Below, piece after piece: positions 1 to 9,375 of a DNA stretch of 64,000 nt. Positions within the stretch are counted from its first letter, which is position 1. Each line of letters begins with the position of its first letter. The DNA is from Candidatus Methanosuratincola verstraetei (GTDB lineage: Archaea > Thermoproteota > Methanomethylicia > Methanomethylicales > Methanomethylicaceae). The notes under the pieces were generated by a model. That model was not told where the DNA came from. It searched no databases and worked only from the letters and a program-made list of their open reading frames with translations. The position numbers and the translations under genes were made by a program. The DNA is taken from the NCBI GenBank assembly GCA_049570475.1, contig CP186953.1:352001-416000 (forward strand). Direction: 5' to 3'.

Positions 1-324
1 CGCTTCGTTTACAGGGTCGACTGCTATCTCAGGGTTGAGCTGGGTCAGCTTCATGGCTGCGGACTCTACCTTCGGCCTCCCGAGGTCGGTGCTCCAGTGG
101 AGGATCTGCCTGTTTAGGTTGGAGAGGTCGACCGTATCGCAGTCGATTAGGCGCAGGTAGCCGACGCCTGACGCAGCCAGGTAGAGGGAAGCAGGGCTCC
201 CGAGGCCGCCTACCCCTATTACGGCGACCCTCGCAGACTTCACCTTCAGCTGTGCCGCCTCGCCCCAACCCTTGACCATAATTTGCCTGCTGTAACGGAT
301 CTTTTCGCTTTCTTTGAGGCCCAT
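1..324 (-). CDS. ThiF/MoeB/UbaA-family E1-like adenylyltransferase (runs off the window start)
   Basis: Not in ORF track; manual translation from ATG at 324: MGLKESEKIRYSRQIMVKGWGEAAQLKVKSARVAVIGVGGLGSPASLYLAASGVG..DCDTVDLSNLNRQILH, with RYSRQ, GxGGLG and SNLNRQ motifs. Confidence 0.92.
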   Translation of the reverse strand, partial: MGLKESEKIRYSRQIMVKGWGEAAQLKVKSARVAVIGVGGLGSPASLYLAASGVGYLRLIDCDTVDLSNLNRQILHWSTDLGRPKVESAAMKLTQLNPEIAVDPVNEA

Positions 325-434
325 CTGGGATACCCAATACACTTCTCTGCGATTGCCTAAATATGCCATTCCGATATGCCCACTTGCACGGATAAGAAAA
401 AATAAATAGTTATGCACGGAGAATCTGATTCCGT

Positions 435-510
435 GCTAGGGTGGCTGAGTGGTTTAGGCGACGGGCTGCAGACCCGTTTCACTGGGGTTCAAATCCCTAC
501 CCTAGCTCCA
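435..510 (+). tRNA. tRNA-Cys(GCA), intron-less, CCA encoded
   Basis: Cloverleaf: acceptor GCTAGGG/CCCTAGC, anticodon arm ACGGG-CTGCAGA-CCCGT, T-loop TTCAAAT, U73 discriminator, CCA; TATA-like ATAAATAG at 402-409. Confidence 0.97.
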
Positions 511-522
511 TGGTGATTCTTG

Positions 523-708
523 ATGAGCCTCTCCGAGAGCGTGGACGGGATAATGAGCGAGATGGTAGCTTTGAAGCAGATCCTGAGGAGGACAGCACCA
601 GCACACAGGCTGACGGACGCGGATAAGGAAAGGGTCGGGAAAGCCCTCGCGAGGTGCGAGGTCCTGCTCAAGAGCATAAAAGAAGAGGCCGGTGTTCAGC
701 TGCCTTGA
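523..708 (+). CDS. Truncated SepCysE-like protein (N-terminal domain only)
   Basis: ILRRTAPAHRLTDADKERV resembles the SepCysE N-domain pattern LxxxAPxHxL; stop overlaps the SepCysS start (TTGA). Confidence 0.7.
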   Translation: MSLSESVDGIMSEMVALKQILRRTAPAHRLTDADKERVGKALARCEVLLKSIKEEAGVQLP

Positions 709-1910
709 GGATCCCACAAGAGAGGCTTGAAAAGTACAGGAACCTGAAGAGGGAGTTCTCAGAGGAGGATCATGTCAACCTGCAGCCGATACAGAGGGGA
801 GGCGTACTAAGCGAAGAGGCGATGCGGGCTATAATCGAGTTCGGGGACGGTTACTCGACCTGCGACTGGTGCCCTCCCAAGTCAGCCCGGCTTGACATGA
901 TCGAGAAGCCTCCGATCAAGGACTTCTACAACGACCTGGCGGAGTTCCTCGGCATGGATCTTGCGAGGGTGGTGACCCGGTGCAGGGAGGCGAAGTTCAT
1001 TGCTTTCAGGATGCTGGGAGCCCCGGGGGACTACGTTGTGGTCGATGGGCTCGCGCACTACTCTTCGTACATAGCCGCTGAGCTGGCAGGGCTTAGGGTC
1101 AAGGAGGTCCCCGTTGGAGGTCCGCCCGAGTACAAGGTTGACCTGAATGCCTATGCGGCTAAGATTGAGGAGGTGAAGAGGGAGACAGGAAGGCTTCCAG
1201 CGGCAGTGCTCCTGACTCACGTCGACTACCAGTACGGCAACGTCAACGATGCAGAGGTGGTCGGGAAGATAGCCCGGGACTACGGCGTGCCGTTCATACT
1301 CAACTGCGCATACAGCGCCGGGGTGATGCCCGTTGACGGGAAGAATGTGCAAGCTGACGTGATAACCGGGAGCGGGCACAAGAGCTGGGCTGCGAGTGCG
1401 CCAACAGGGATCCTCGCGCTGAGGAAGAGCCTAGAGGAGAAGCTGCTCAGGAGGGCATCCATCCAAGGCGACCTCACGAGCAGGAGCTTCGTGTCGAAGG
1501 AGCTTGCCCTGCTCGGTTGCACAGTGATGGGCGCGCCGCTTCTGACGCTAATAGCCTCCTTCCCGGCGGTGGTTGAGAGGGTCGAGAAGTGGGACGAGGA
1601 GGTCCAGAAGGCCAGGTTCTTTGTCGGGGAGCTCGAGCGCATCCAGGGGGTCAAGCAGGTCGGGGATCGCCCCAAAAGGCACACGCTCATCCATTTCGAG
1701 ACCGAGCCATTCTTCAGGGTCTCCCAGAGCCACAAGCGCAAGGGGTACTTCCTATACGATGAATTGAGGGCAAGGAAGATAGTCGGGATTCAGCCGGGCT
1801 TGACAAAGCACTTCAAGCTCAACACTTACGGGCTCACCTGGGAACAAGTGAGGTATGCAGCCCAGGCTTTCCTGGAGATCGCCGAAAAGTATGGGCTGGA
1901 AGTGAGGTAG
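705..1910 (+). CDS. pscS: Sep-tRNA:Cys-tRNA synthase (SepCysS)
   Basis: NLQPIQRGG, DGYSTCDWC, SGHKS (PLP lysine), LLGCT motifs; TTG start at 705 preferred over 654. Confidence 0.95.
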   Translation: MRIPQERLEKYRNLKREFSEEDHVNLQPIQRGGVLSEEAMRAIIEFGDGYSTCDWCPPKSARLDMIEKPPIKDFYNDLAEFLGMDLARVVTRCREAKFIAFRMLGAPGDYVVVDGLAHYSSYIAAELAGLRVKEVPVGGPPEYKVDLNAYAAKIEEVKRETGRLPAAVLLTHVDYQYGNVNDAEVVGKIARDYGVPFILNCAYSAGVMPVDGKNVQADVITGSGHKSWAASAPTGILALRKSLEEKLLRRASIQGDLTSRSFVSKELALLGCTVMGAPLLTLIASFPAVVERVEKWDEEVQKARFFVGELERIQGVKQVGDRPKRHTLIHFETEPFFRVSQSHKRKGYFLYDELRARKIVGIQPGLTKHFKLNTYGLTWEQVRYAAQAFLEIAEKYGLEVR

Positions 1911-1920
1911 GAGCGCTTAA

Positions 1921-2586
1921 TCAAAAACGCTTTATCAGATCTTGGGGGTTCCTGAAGACCACCTTTTCTGCTTCAGCTTCCGAGAGCCCAGCGCCGCGCG
2001 CAACCAGCAGCGACATCTCGGGCGTGAGGTGATCGCCGACGGTATGGGCATCGGAGTCTACCACGAGTGATGCGCCCAGCTGCATTGCCAGCCTCGCCAC
2101 GCGGCCGTTGCCCAAGCAATGCCCGCCCCTGTAGGAGAGCTCGAGAAAGACGCCGTTGTCCTTAGCTGCCAGCACGTCCTCTTCGGCGACGAGACCTGGA
2201 TGCGCAAGGATGTCAACGTCCGAACAAAGGCAAGCAGCCCTGTTTGTGCCAGCCTCCACTGGCTCAACAGGGGTCTCGCCGTGGACTACGACGACCTTAG
2301 CGCCGAGCCTCTTCGCTTCTCGGGCCAATACTGGGATGCTCGCGGGGGGCACGTGGGTAAGCTCGACGCCCGGCACCAGCTCGAAATCTTCAAGATACCT
2401 GGAGATCCCCTCTGAAGCCCGCCGCAGCGCATTGACTACCCATTCCAGATTTGAAGCGTCGGCGTGGTCCGTGATCGCAATCAGCCTGTTCCCCAGCACG
2501 CGGGTCCGCCTCGCTATCTCCGCCGGGAGGAGGTCCCCATCGCTGTAGAAGGAGTGCATGTGGAAATCGCAGATCCGCCTGTCCAT
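1921..2586 (-). CDS. PHP-family phosphoesterase (histidinol-phosphatase-like)
   Basis: DFHMHSFYSDG, AITDH, GVELTH, DSDAH metal-binding motifs. Confidence 0.88.
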   Translation of the reverse strand: MDRRICDFHMHSFYSDGDLLPAEIARRTRVLGNRLIAITDHADASNLEWVVNALRRASEGISRYLEDFELVPGVELTHVPPASIPVLAREAKRLGAKVVVVHGETPVEPVEAGTNRAACLCSDVDILAHPGLVAEEDVLAAKDNGVFLELSYRGGHCLGNGRVARLAMQLGASLVVDSDAHTVGDHLTPEMSLLVARGAGLSEAEAEKVVFRNPQDLIKRF

Positions 2587-2725
2587 GGTGGAAATAAAAT
2601 GCCAGACCGCTAATATAGTTTGCCAATAAAAATCGGAATCGAGGGGAAAGCCCCGTCAGTAAGCCATGGCTGCCAAACAATATAAATGACTCCGGCTTGA
2701 CTATGAGAGGGAAAGGTGCCAGGAG

Positions 2726-3856
2726 ATGGAGAACTCGGATTCGATCGTGACCCCCTGGGAAGTGAGGGGCGAGGTCGATTACAAGGAGCTCATTGAGAAA
2801 TTCGGGGTCGATCCGCTGACGCCTGACATAGTGGAAAGGCTTAGGAGGCATGCGGGCGGGCTCCATGTGCTGCTCAGGAGGGGGATGTTCTTCTCCCACA
2901 GGGAGCTCAACGAGTGGATCGACTCTTATGAGAAGGGCGTAAAGGCAGTCCTTTATACTGGCAGGGGGCCGTCAGGGAACACCCACTTGGGGCACCTCAT
3001 CCCATGGCTCTTCACAAAGTACCTGCAGGACGCTTTCAAGTGCGACCTCTACTTCCAGATAACCGACGACGAGAAGTTCCTCTTCAACCCCGAATTGTCC
3101 ACCGATCAGGTGGCGGAGTATGCCAAGGAGAACATTCTCGACATAATAGCGGTGGGGTTCGACCCCGAGAGGACCAAGATCTTCACCAACCTGACGTACT
3201 CCAAGCCGCTGTACAACATGGCCGTCAGGGTAGCCAAGCACGTCACCTTCTCCACTGCGAAGGCGACATTCGGGTTCTCTGAGAGCTCGAACATAGGGAT
3301 GATCTTCTTCCCAGCCATGCAGGCCGCCCCGTGTTTCATCCACCAGTACCTGACCTCCGAGGACGCGCACGTGCTGATACCTTGCGCGATTGACCAGGAG
3401 CCATACTGGAGGATCTCCAGGGATGTTGCGCCCAAGCTGGGCTACAGGAAGCCCGCCGGGGTCTACAGCAAGTTCATACCAGGGCTCGGTAGCGGCGGCA
3501 AGATGAGCGCTAGCATCCCGGACACTGCCATATTCCTCTCAGACACAAGGGAGGAAGCGGTCAGGAAAGTTAAGAATGCATTCACCGGTGGGCAGCCGAC
3601 GATAAGGGAGCAGAAGGAGAAGGGAGGCAACCCGGACGTCTGCGTTGTGTACAGCTACCTTTACAGCCTCTTCGACGAGGACGACAAGGCCGTTGCCGAG
3701 ACTTACGCTTCCTGCAAGGCAGGCGGGCTGATCTGCGGGGAGTGCAAGGAGAGGCTGGCAAGAAAGGTGGCTGAATTCCTCGAGGACCACAGGGCACGGA
3801 GGGAAAGAGCCAAGGGTTCTGTGGAGAAGTTCCTCCTAAGGGAGTGGAGAACTTGA
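2726..3856 (+). CDS. trpS: Tryptophanyl-tRNA synthetase
   Basis: VTPW, YTGRGPS, HLGH, TDDEK, AIDQ, KMSAS. Confidence 0.97.
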   Translation: MENSDSIVTPWEVRGEVDYKELIEKFGVDPLTPDIVERLRRHAGGLHVLLRRGMFFSHRELNEWIDSYEKGVKAVLYTGRGPSGNTHLGHLIPWLFTKYLQDAFKCDLYFQITDDEKFLFNPELSTDQVAEYAKENILDIIAVGFDPERTKIFTNLTYSKPLYNMAVRVAKHVTFSTAKATFGFSESSNIGMIFFPAMQAAPCFIHQYLTSEDAHVLIPCAIDQEPYWRISRDVAPKLGYRKPAGVYSKFIPGLGSGGKMSASIPDTAIFLSDTREEAVRKVKNAFTGGQPTIREQKEKGGNPDVCVVYSYLYSLFDEDDKAVAETYASCKAGGLICGECKERLARKVAEFLEDHRARRERAKGSVEKFLLREWRT

Positions 3857-4281
3857 GAAAGAGGCAATCAATAATCCTGGCTTTGGCGGTGCTTGTTCTG
3901 GCACTGGTGGCGGCGGCTGCGGCAGCTTTGTTGGCACCGAGGCCCGGATTCCCGGGGACAAAAGCGATACTCGACCACCCTCAGATAAATGAGGCTGTAT
4001 CAAGCGGGAAGGGCACAGTCTTGTACTTCTCTGCCCCTAATTGCCCGGGGTGCATGCTCCAGGATGTTTCTATGGATGCAGCTTATTCAGAGTACAGCCA
4101 GGAAGTGAATTTCATCTACTTCAAGAACTCCAAGGGATTGGCAGGCGTGTTTGGGGACTGGTCGGTCTTTAAGGTGCCGACATCAGTTTTTATAGACAAG
4201 GATGGTCTCGTGGTCAGCAGGTACGACGGGGTCTATTTGGATTTCGAGAGCCTAAAAAAGGAAATAGAGAGGATAAGGTAA
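3853..4281 (+). CDS. Membrane-anchored thioredoxin-like protein
   Basis: N-terminal hydrophobic anchor, CPGC, VPT cis-Pro loop; TTG start overlapping trpS stop. Confidence 0.8.
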   Translation: MRKRQSIILALAVLVLALVAAAAAALLAPRPGFPGTKAILDHPQINEAVSSGKGTVLYFSAPNCPGCMLQDVSMDAAYSEYSQEVNFIYFKNSKGLAGVFGDWSVFKVPTSVFIDKDGLVVSRYDGVYLDFESLKKEIERIR

Positions 4282-4898
4282 TGGATCCGTTCCAGATTGC
4301 CTTCGCCTTCTCGCTTGGCTTTGCAAGCGCGGCCACGCCGTGCGTCTTGCCCATCGTGCCGGGATACCTTGCATTTGTGTTTGGTTCGGATAAATCCGAT
4401 CTGGTTAGGGGATCGCTAGTCGTTTACTTAGGCGTCATGGCAGGCGGGACTTTGACTGCAGCAGTAATCGGGTTGGCTGGGGAGGCCCTGGGCGGCAAGT
4501 GGTTCCTTGGCGCCTCAGCGGTGATAATTTCATTGGTCATAATAGACTCGATTTTCACGCACAGACTGAGAACAGTGCCGGTTGGGTTTTTGAGGGGAAG
4601 GAAGGGCACAGTAGCGGGATTCCTTTTTGGCATGCTTATCATGCTGATTGCCGCGCCTTGCATCCTACCTCTGCTGGCTGCGCTCTCAATATACGCCTTA
4701 ACCTTGGAAGAGATCGCAACAAGGTTCGCGATTCTGATGGCATACTCAGCCGGTCTAGGGTTGCCATTCGTCTTAATGGGCGCATTCGTGAATGCGGGCA
4801 AGAGATTGATTAGGATCTCGAGGTGGTCGAAGGCTGTTCAGGCTTTTGTGCTCTTCGCGACCCTCGCATGGATCCTCTGGTCCCTTCTGGCTGCCTAG
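4281..4898 (+). CDS. ccdA: CcdA/DsbD-like membrane disulfide transporter
   Basis: TPCVLPIVPGY and APCILP cysteine motifs, about 6 TM segments. Confidence 0.88.
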   Translation: MDPFQIAFAFSLGFASAATPCVLPIVPGYLAFVFGSDKSDLVRGSLVVYLGVMAGGTLTAAVIGLAGEALGGKWFLGASAVIISLVIIDSIFTHRLRTVPVGFLRGRKGTVAGFLFGMLIMLIAAPCILPLLAALSIYALTLEEIATRFAILMAYSAGLGLPFVLMGAFVNAGKRLIRISRWSKAVQAFVLFATLAWILWSLLAA

Positions 4899-5128
4899 GG
4901 CGATCCCACAAGGGTAGTCGACTGTATTGATCCCGGTACTCTCCTTATCTGGGTCACTATCTCGTCTAGCGCATTCAGGTCGTCGACCTCGAGCCTTATG
5001 AAGACGTCAAACTCCCCATAAACTGCCCTGCACTCGGTTACGCCCTTGAGCTTCTTGATCTCCTTTATTATCTCGTACTCCTTGCCCGTATCGGTAACCA
5101 GGAGCATATACGCAATCACGCCTGCCAT
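4895..5128 (-). CDS. Stand-alone Lrp/AsnC ligand-binding (RAM) domain protein
   Basis: VYGEFD motif, ~77 aa, no HTH; ATG at 5128. Confidence 0.85.
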   Translation of the reverse strand: MAGVIAYMLLVTDTGKEYEIIKEIKKLKGVTECRAVYGEFDVFIRLEVDDLNALDEIVTQIRRVPGSIQSTTLVGSP

Positions 5129-5302
5129 TGACAATACCCCCTTCAGATTAGTCGCATAGTTCTTTTTTAACCCTTCCGTCTGGACTTCCCTCATAGGGCT
5201 GGAAACAGAACAAGCAGGCTAAGATCGATGGAAGCGCATTCTAGGTTAAACAGGAAGCAATATCAAAAAGCAAAAAGCACATAGAGACAGGGATGGGCAA
5301 GA

Positions 5303-5854
5303 ATGAAGGTGATAGTGGGCATAACTGGTGCAAGCGGGACAATATACGGGTACAGGCTCCTCCAGATTCTCAAAGAGCGCGGGGTTGAAACTGCGACAAT
5401 AATCTCAGAGTACGCGGTAAAGATACTTCAGATGGAGGACGCCAAGTCAGTGGAGGACCTGGCCGAGTTCGGGGAGGTGTACAGCAACTCGGATCTGATG
5501 GCGCCGACTGCAAGCGGGAGTTGCAGGTTCGACGCAATGGTAATAGCCCCGTGCACCATGAAGACTCTCGCAGAGATCGCGAATGGGCTGTCTTCAAGCC
5601 TGATCTCGAGGACTGCGGATGTGGCGCTCAAGGAGAGGAGGAAGCTCATACTCGTGACCAGGGAGACCCCCCTCAGCCTAGTCCACATAAAGAACATGTT
5701 GAAGGTTACCTCTGCAGGCGCTGTCGTTCTCCCAGCATCGCCAGGGTTCTACCACAAACCGGAGACGATCGAGGGCCTGGTGGACTACATAGTAGGCAAG
5801 GTGCTGGATCAGCTCGGCATAGAGCATGACCTGTTCAGGAGGTGGGGGACGTAG
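5303..5854 (+). CDS. ubiX: Flavin prenyltransferase
   Basis: GITGASG, ASGS, APCTMKTL, RETP, PGFY. Confidence 0.96.
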   Translation: MKVIVGITGASGTIYGYRLLQILKERGVETATIISEYAVKILQMEDAKSVEDLAEFGEVYSNSDLMAPTASGSCRFDAMVIAPCTMKTLAEIANGLSSSLISRTADVALKERRKLILVTRETPLSLVHIKNMLKVTSAGAVVLPASPGFYHKPETIEGLVDYIVGKVLDQLGIEHDLFRRWGT

Positions 5855-6227
5855 AGGCAGTGCTTGACAGGCCAGCCTCCCTCATGAGTTCAATGAGGAT
5901 GTCAGTGCAGGCCAAAGCGTTGTTCACAAGCATCGAGATCTCCTCTTTGGTGGCGTTTTCGACATGGATGCCTGAAACCGCGAGGCACCTCTTCCCTGTT
6001 GCCCTGCTGACCTTCTCGGAAACCTGGTGCGAAACCACGAAGTCCTTGTGTAGGGGGATAGAGAAGGAGACTGCCGAGGCTGGCGGATCCGACAGCGAAA
6101 ACCCCCCGATGTGCGGCATCTCTCCGCCACCTACATAAACGATTATGCCGTCCCCTGCTTGGATGGCCTCGGCGAAGATCCTGTAGCGCCCTTTGCCGAA
6201 ACTAGCAGTAATGCCCATTCCGACCAC
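5835..6227 (-). CDS. LpdD-like (prenyl-FMN associated) small protein
   Basis: GGGxxPHIG, HKD, GIHVxNATKEEI pattern; convergent overlap with ubiX. Confidence 0.65.
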   Translation of the reverse strand: MVGMGITASFGKGRYRIFAEAIQAGDGIIVYVGGGEMPHIGGFSLSDPPASAVSFSIPLHKDFVVSHQVSEKVSRATGKRCLAVSGIHVENATKEEISMLVNNALACTDILIELMREAGLSSTASTSPTS

Positions 6228-7382
6228 TCAGACTATCCAGTCCTTGCTAGCCAGCTTCTCAGGCAGGTAGACGTCGGAGAGGAACCTGAAGCCCTTGGAT
6301 GACTTGGCTTCGATCTCTGCCTTGACGCGGCGCTCCAGGAAGAGGTGGATCTCCTGTCGCCAGCGCTTGGAGTCATAGAACCACGGGTACCTCGGCTTCT
6401 TCGTCTTTTGATCCCTTACGAGCAGCTCCTTTGCCCTCTTTATGTCCATCTCGTTAGCCTTTATGAGGTGGTCCTTCGGGACTTCATACTTCTCGAGGTC
6501 AGTCATAGTGAGCCCCAAGAACTTCGCCTCTGGGCAGGCCAGCCGGAAGGATTCGTAGGAGAGGCTGATGCTTCCTGCCCTGTAGGTTGAGTATATGTAC
6601 CACCCGAATGGGTCGGCATCGGTCAGGACGTAGACGGGCAACCCCCACTCCTCGTTGAGGCGCCTGACCATCCTCCGGGTTGCCCGGTCTGCCTGGCCCT
6701 TCCCAGTGATCAGGACGCACTTGTTCCTCCTCCAGAACTCATAGTCATTGAGGCGCTGGAATATTGCGTCCTTCTCGACAACCAAGACGTATTCAGCGTC
6801 GACGCTCACTATCTGGATCTGGTCGCAAAGTGAGGGTATGTTGAACGCGCCAATCCCGAATTTGGAGCAGTCGATCTTGTTCCCCTTGGACTGGAGGACC
6901 ACATCGCCCACCAGCGCACCCCTAGACTCCGCCACAACGCCCATCTGCTCCCGGAGCAGCCCGGTCATGACTTCAATGTCTTGGAATATGTTGTTGGACT
7001 CGTCTTGGCTGTTGAAAGTCTCTATGTTTGTGCCTTCAATAGTGTGGAGCGTGTAGTAATAGAGGTCCCTTATGGTCGGGTGATCGTCGTGCTGGAGGGC
7101 CTCATATATGCCTCTCGCGAGAAGCAGGGTCTGCATGAACGACCTCACTTCGCTGATGTCATTGAACCTGCGCTCGCTCACCCTCTCCCCGAGCGTCAGG
7201 ATCTTGCGATTCTCGTCGTAGACGGTATTGGAGGCGGTCCTCACAGGGATCCTTAGCACTGGCGGCTTCGACTCTGCTATGTCAGACGCCAAGTTCATGA
7301 AGATCTGGCGGAGCTTCTTGGCAGAGTCGTCGAAGGTCTCAAGCGGGCGCAAGTTCTGCTCGGGCTTTCTGTTCTTGACCAC
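6228..7382 (-). CDS. top6A: DNA topoisomerase VI subunit A
   Basis: TIRDLYY catalytic Tyr, VVEKDA, GKGQ, DADPFG Toprim. Confidence 0.95.
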   Translation of the reverse strand: MVKNRKPEQNLRPLETFDDSAKKLRQIFMNLASDIAESKPPVLRIPVRTASNTVYDENRKILTLGERVSERRFNDISEVRSFMQTLLLARGIYEALQHDDHPTIRDLYYYTLHTIEGTNIETFNSQDESNNIFQDIEVMTGLLREQMGVVAESRGALVGDVVLQSKGNKIDCSKFGIGAFNIPSLCDQIQIVSVDAEYVLVVEKDAIFQRLNDYEFWRRNKCVLITGKGQADRATRRMVRRLNEEWGLPVYVLTDADPFGWYIYSTYRAGSISLSYESFRLACPEAKFLGLTMTDLEKYEVPKDHLIKANEMDIKRAKELLVRDQKTKKPRYPWFYDSKRWRQEIHLFLERRVKAEIEAKSSKGFRFLSDVYLPEKLASKDWIV

Positions 7383-7386
7383 ACGA

Positions 7387-9333
7387 TCACCTCAAGTATT
7401 CCTCAAGTGTGAACTGCTGCTTCTTCGTCTTCGGGGGCGGCGGGATCTTCGCGATCTCCTCGACCTTCTTTTCCGGGCAGGGCTGCGGGGGTCCGGAAGC
7501 GTTAATCGGCAGGGTTGGCGCTTCTTGCTTGGGTTTGTGCGCTGTTTTGGCTCTTTGCTTCGACTTTATCGATTCCATCAGCTTTTCGAAGATCAGCGCT
7601 TGATCCTGCCCGGTAAGGACAGACATGTCCCTGGCGATCTCCTTAGCATAGATCTGGAATATGCTCTGCCTGTGCTGCTCGTGTTCCTGCCTTTGGCGGT
7701 GAGAGATGTACCCCTGGATCATTCTCCCGAGGCTCTGCAGTGCTAGCCTGAGCTGCTCGCGGATCTCCTCGTGGTAGGCCACGGCGAACTTCCCAGGAAC
7801 CGAGTATGGCACCTTGGTGGAAACCAGCGAGACTATAATCACGAGCGGTGCCATCGGGAGGTTACCCTCGTCCTGGGGGAGCTTGTAGTTCCTCCAGTTT
7901 ATCTCCTTCACAACCTTGTACAGGAGGCAGTCCTTTGAGTCGTATATGAGCGGGCATTTGTTCGCAAGGCGGATAACCCTCGATTTGAAGACGCCCTCCT
8001 TGACCCGCTCGCAGTCCTCGATCACCGACTGCCCGCCGTAGGCTGCCCCGACCTCGATCTGGAAAGGTACGCCGCGGTATGACCAAGGTTCCCTCGATGC
8101 GGTGCAGATGAACTCCGCATCAGGGTAGATCCTCCTTATCGACTGGCGGAGTGCATCCTCCCCTATCGGGCTGAGCACATCAAGCGGCGGGCGCATCAGA
8201 TCGCCTTCCCTTGCGGCCTTGAGCAGGGCCTCTACGTCGATCTCCTTTGGTGGGGAGGATGGGGCAAGCCCTGAAGCCTTCAGCAGCTCCTCTGCCTTCG
8301 CTTCGGAGATCCTGACGAAGTGCCTCACCAAGAACTGCTTGGCTGTAGCGCAGCAGGTGTCGTTTGACCTCATCTCAAGCAGAGCCCCGGGCTCCATTGA
8401 GAGGAGGTGGGGCCTGATCTCCTTCGGGGGCGGGGGGAGGGTTTCATTTGCCCTCTTGAAGTGGAGCACCTTGGGCTCCTGACCCGGCTGGGCAACGACC
8501 GTGAACTTAAGGTCGGCATGCGGGTTTGCGAGCGATAGCTCCTTAATGAAGGACTCCACCTTTTGGGTGTAGTCCCCTGCAATCATGAGCTCGACCCTTG
8601 TCCCGTGGGGCCTTGGGAAGTCCACCTCTTCAGATGACACAAGCACGGGGGAGTTCTTCTCGGTGTCTATCTTGAGGACAACGCGAAATGCCTTCGGATC
8701 GGACTCGGTCTTTGTCGTGATCACGGCTGGCTCAAGGGATGTGAGCTGGGCATATATAATCGCAGCGTGGACGCCCAGCCCCTGCTGCCCGCGGGACTGC
8801 TTGAATGAGAAGAACTTCGAGCCGTAAAGGACGCTGCCGAAGCACTTTGCAACCTTGCTCTTCAGGACCCCGCAGCCGTTGTCCTCAACCACAAGCTTGA
8901 AGACCGGGAAGATCCTGACGCTGCCGTCCTTGGTCTTATTTGTGACCACTTCGTACTTCTTCGTGGTGGCAGTCAGTTCCACACTGACCTCTGGCAGCAC
9001 GCCCATCGCTTCGCAGGCGTCAAGCGAATTGTCCATCAGCTCCTTGATCGTCTGGACAAGCGCGTGCTCCGGATCACCAAAACCCAGCTGTCCCAGGTTC
9101 TGGCGGTAGTACTGGGCAGGGTTTACCGCCCGCATCTTCCTGGCTTCAATCTCTGCGGCGGTGAGCAGCTCCTTGTGGACGGGCTTGGCGCGCTTCCTCT
9201 TCGCAGCGCCAGCCTTTACACTAGGAGTTGCCTTCTTTTGCGCCTTGCCCTGTGCCCCAATATCCGGAGTAGGAATAGCCTCCACCAACAATAGACCCTC
9301 GCATTGCGGAATGCCAGAATTTTCGCTTACCAC
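7387..9333 (-). CDS. top6B: DNA topoisomerase VI subunit B (start uncertain, possibly ~9291)
   Basis: KELMDNSLDA, EDNGCG, GSKF, QSRGQQGLG, HGT GHKL motifs. Confidence 0.94.
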   Translation of the reverse strand: MVSENSGIPQCEGLLLVEAIPTPDIGAQGKAQKKATPSVKAGAAKRKRAKPVHKELLTAAEIEARKMRAVNPAQYYRQNLGQLGFGDPEHALVQTIKELMDNSLDACEAMGVLPEVSVELTATTKKYEVVTNKTKDGSVRIFPVFKLVVEDNGCGVLKSKVAKCFGSVLYGSKFFSFKQSRGQQGLGVHAAIIYAQLTSLEPAVITTKTESDPKAFRVVLKIDTEKNSPVLVSSEEVDFPRPHGTRVELMIAGDYTQKVESFIKELSLANPHADLKFTVVAQPGQEPKVLHFKRANETLPPPPKEIRPHLLSMEPGALLEMRSNDTCCATAKQFLVRHFVRISEAKAEELLKASGLAPSSPPKEIDVEALLKAAREGDLMRPPLDVLSPIGEDALRQSIRRIYPDAEFICTASREPWSYRGVPFQIEVGAAYGGQSVIEDCERVKEGVFKSRVIRLANKCPLIYDSKDCLLYKVVKEINWRNYKLPQDEGNLPMAPLVIIVSLVSTKVPYSVPGKFAVAYHEEIREQLRLALQSLGRMIQGYISHRQRQEHEQHRQSIFQIYAKEIARDMSVLTGQDQALIFEKLMESIKSKQRAKTAHKPKQEAPTLPINASGPPQPCPEKKVEEIAKIPPPPKTKKQQFTLEEYLR

Positions 9334-9375
9334 TAATTGTGGGAACGTATTTATCGTTTCCCGGGGGTCGGAGGA

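Noticed and set aside
441-626. 61-aa ORF over the tRNA
   Set aside because: Shadow ORF of the tRNA-Cys gene
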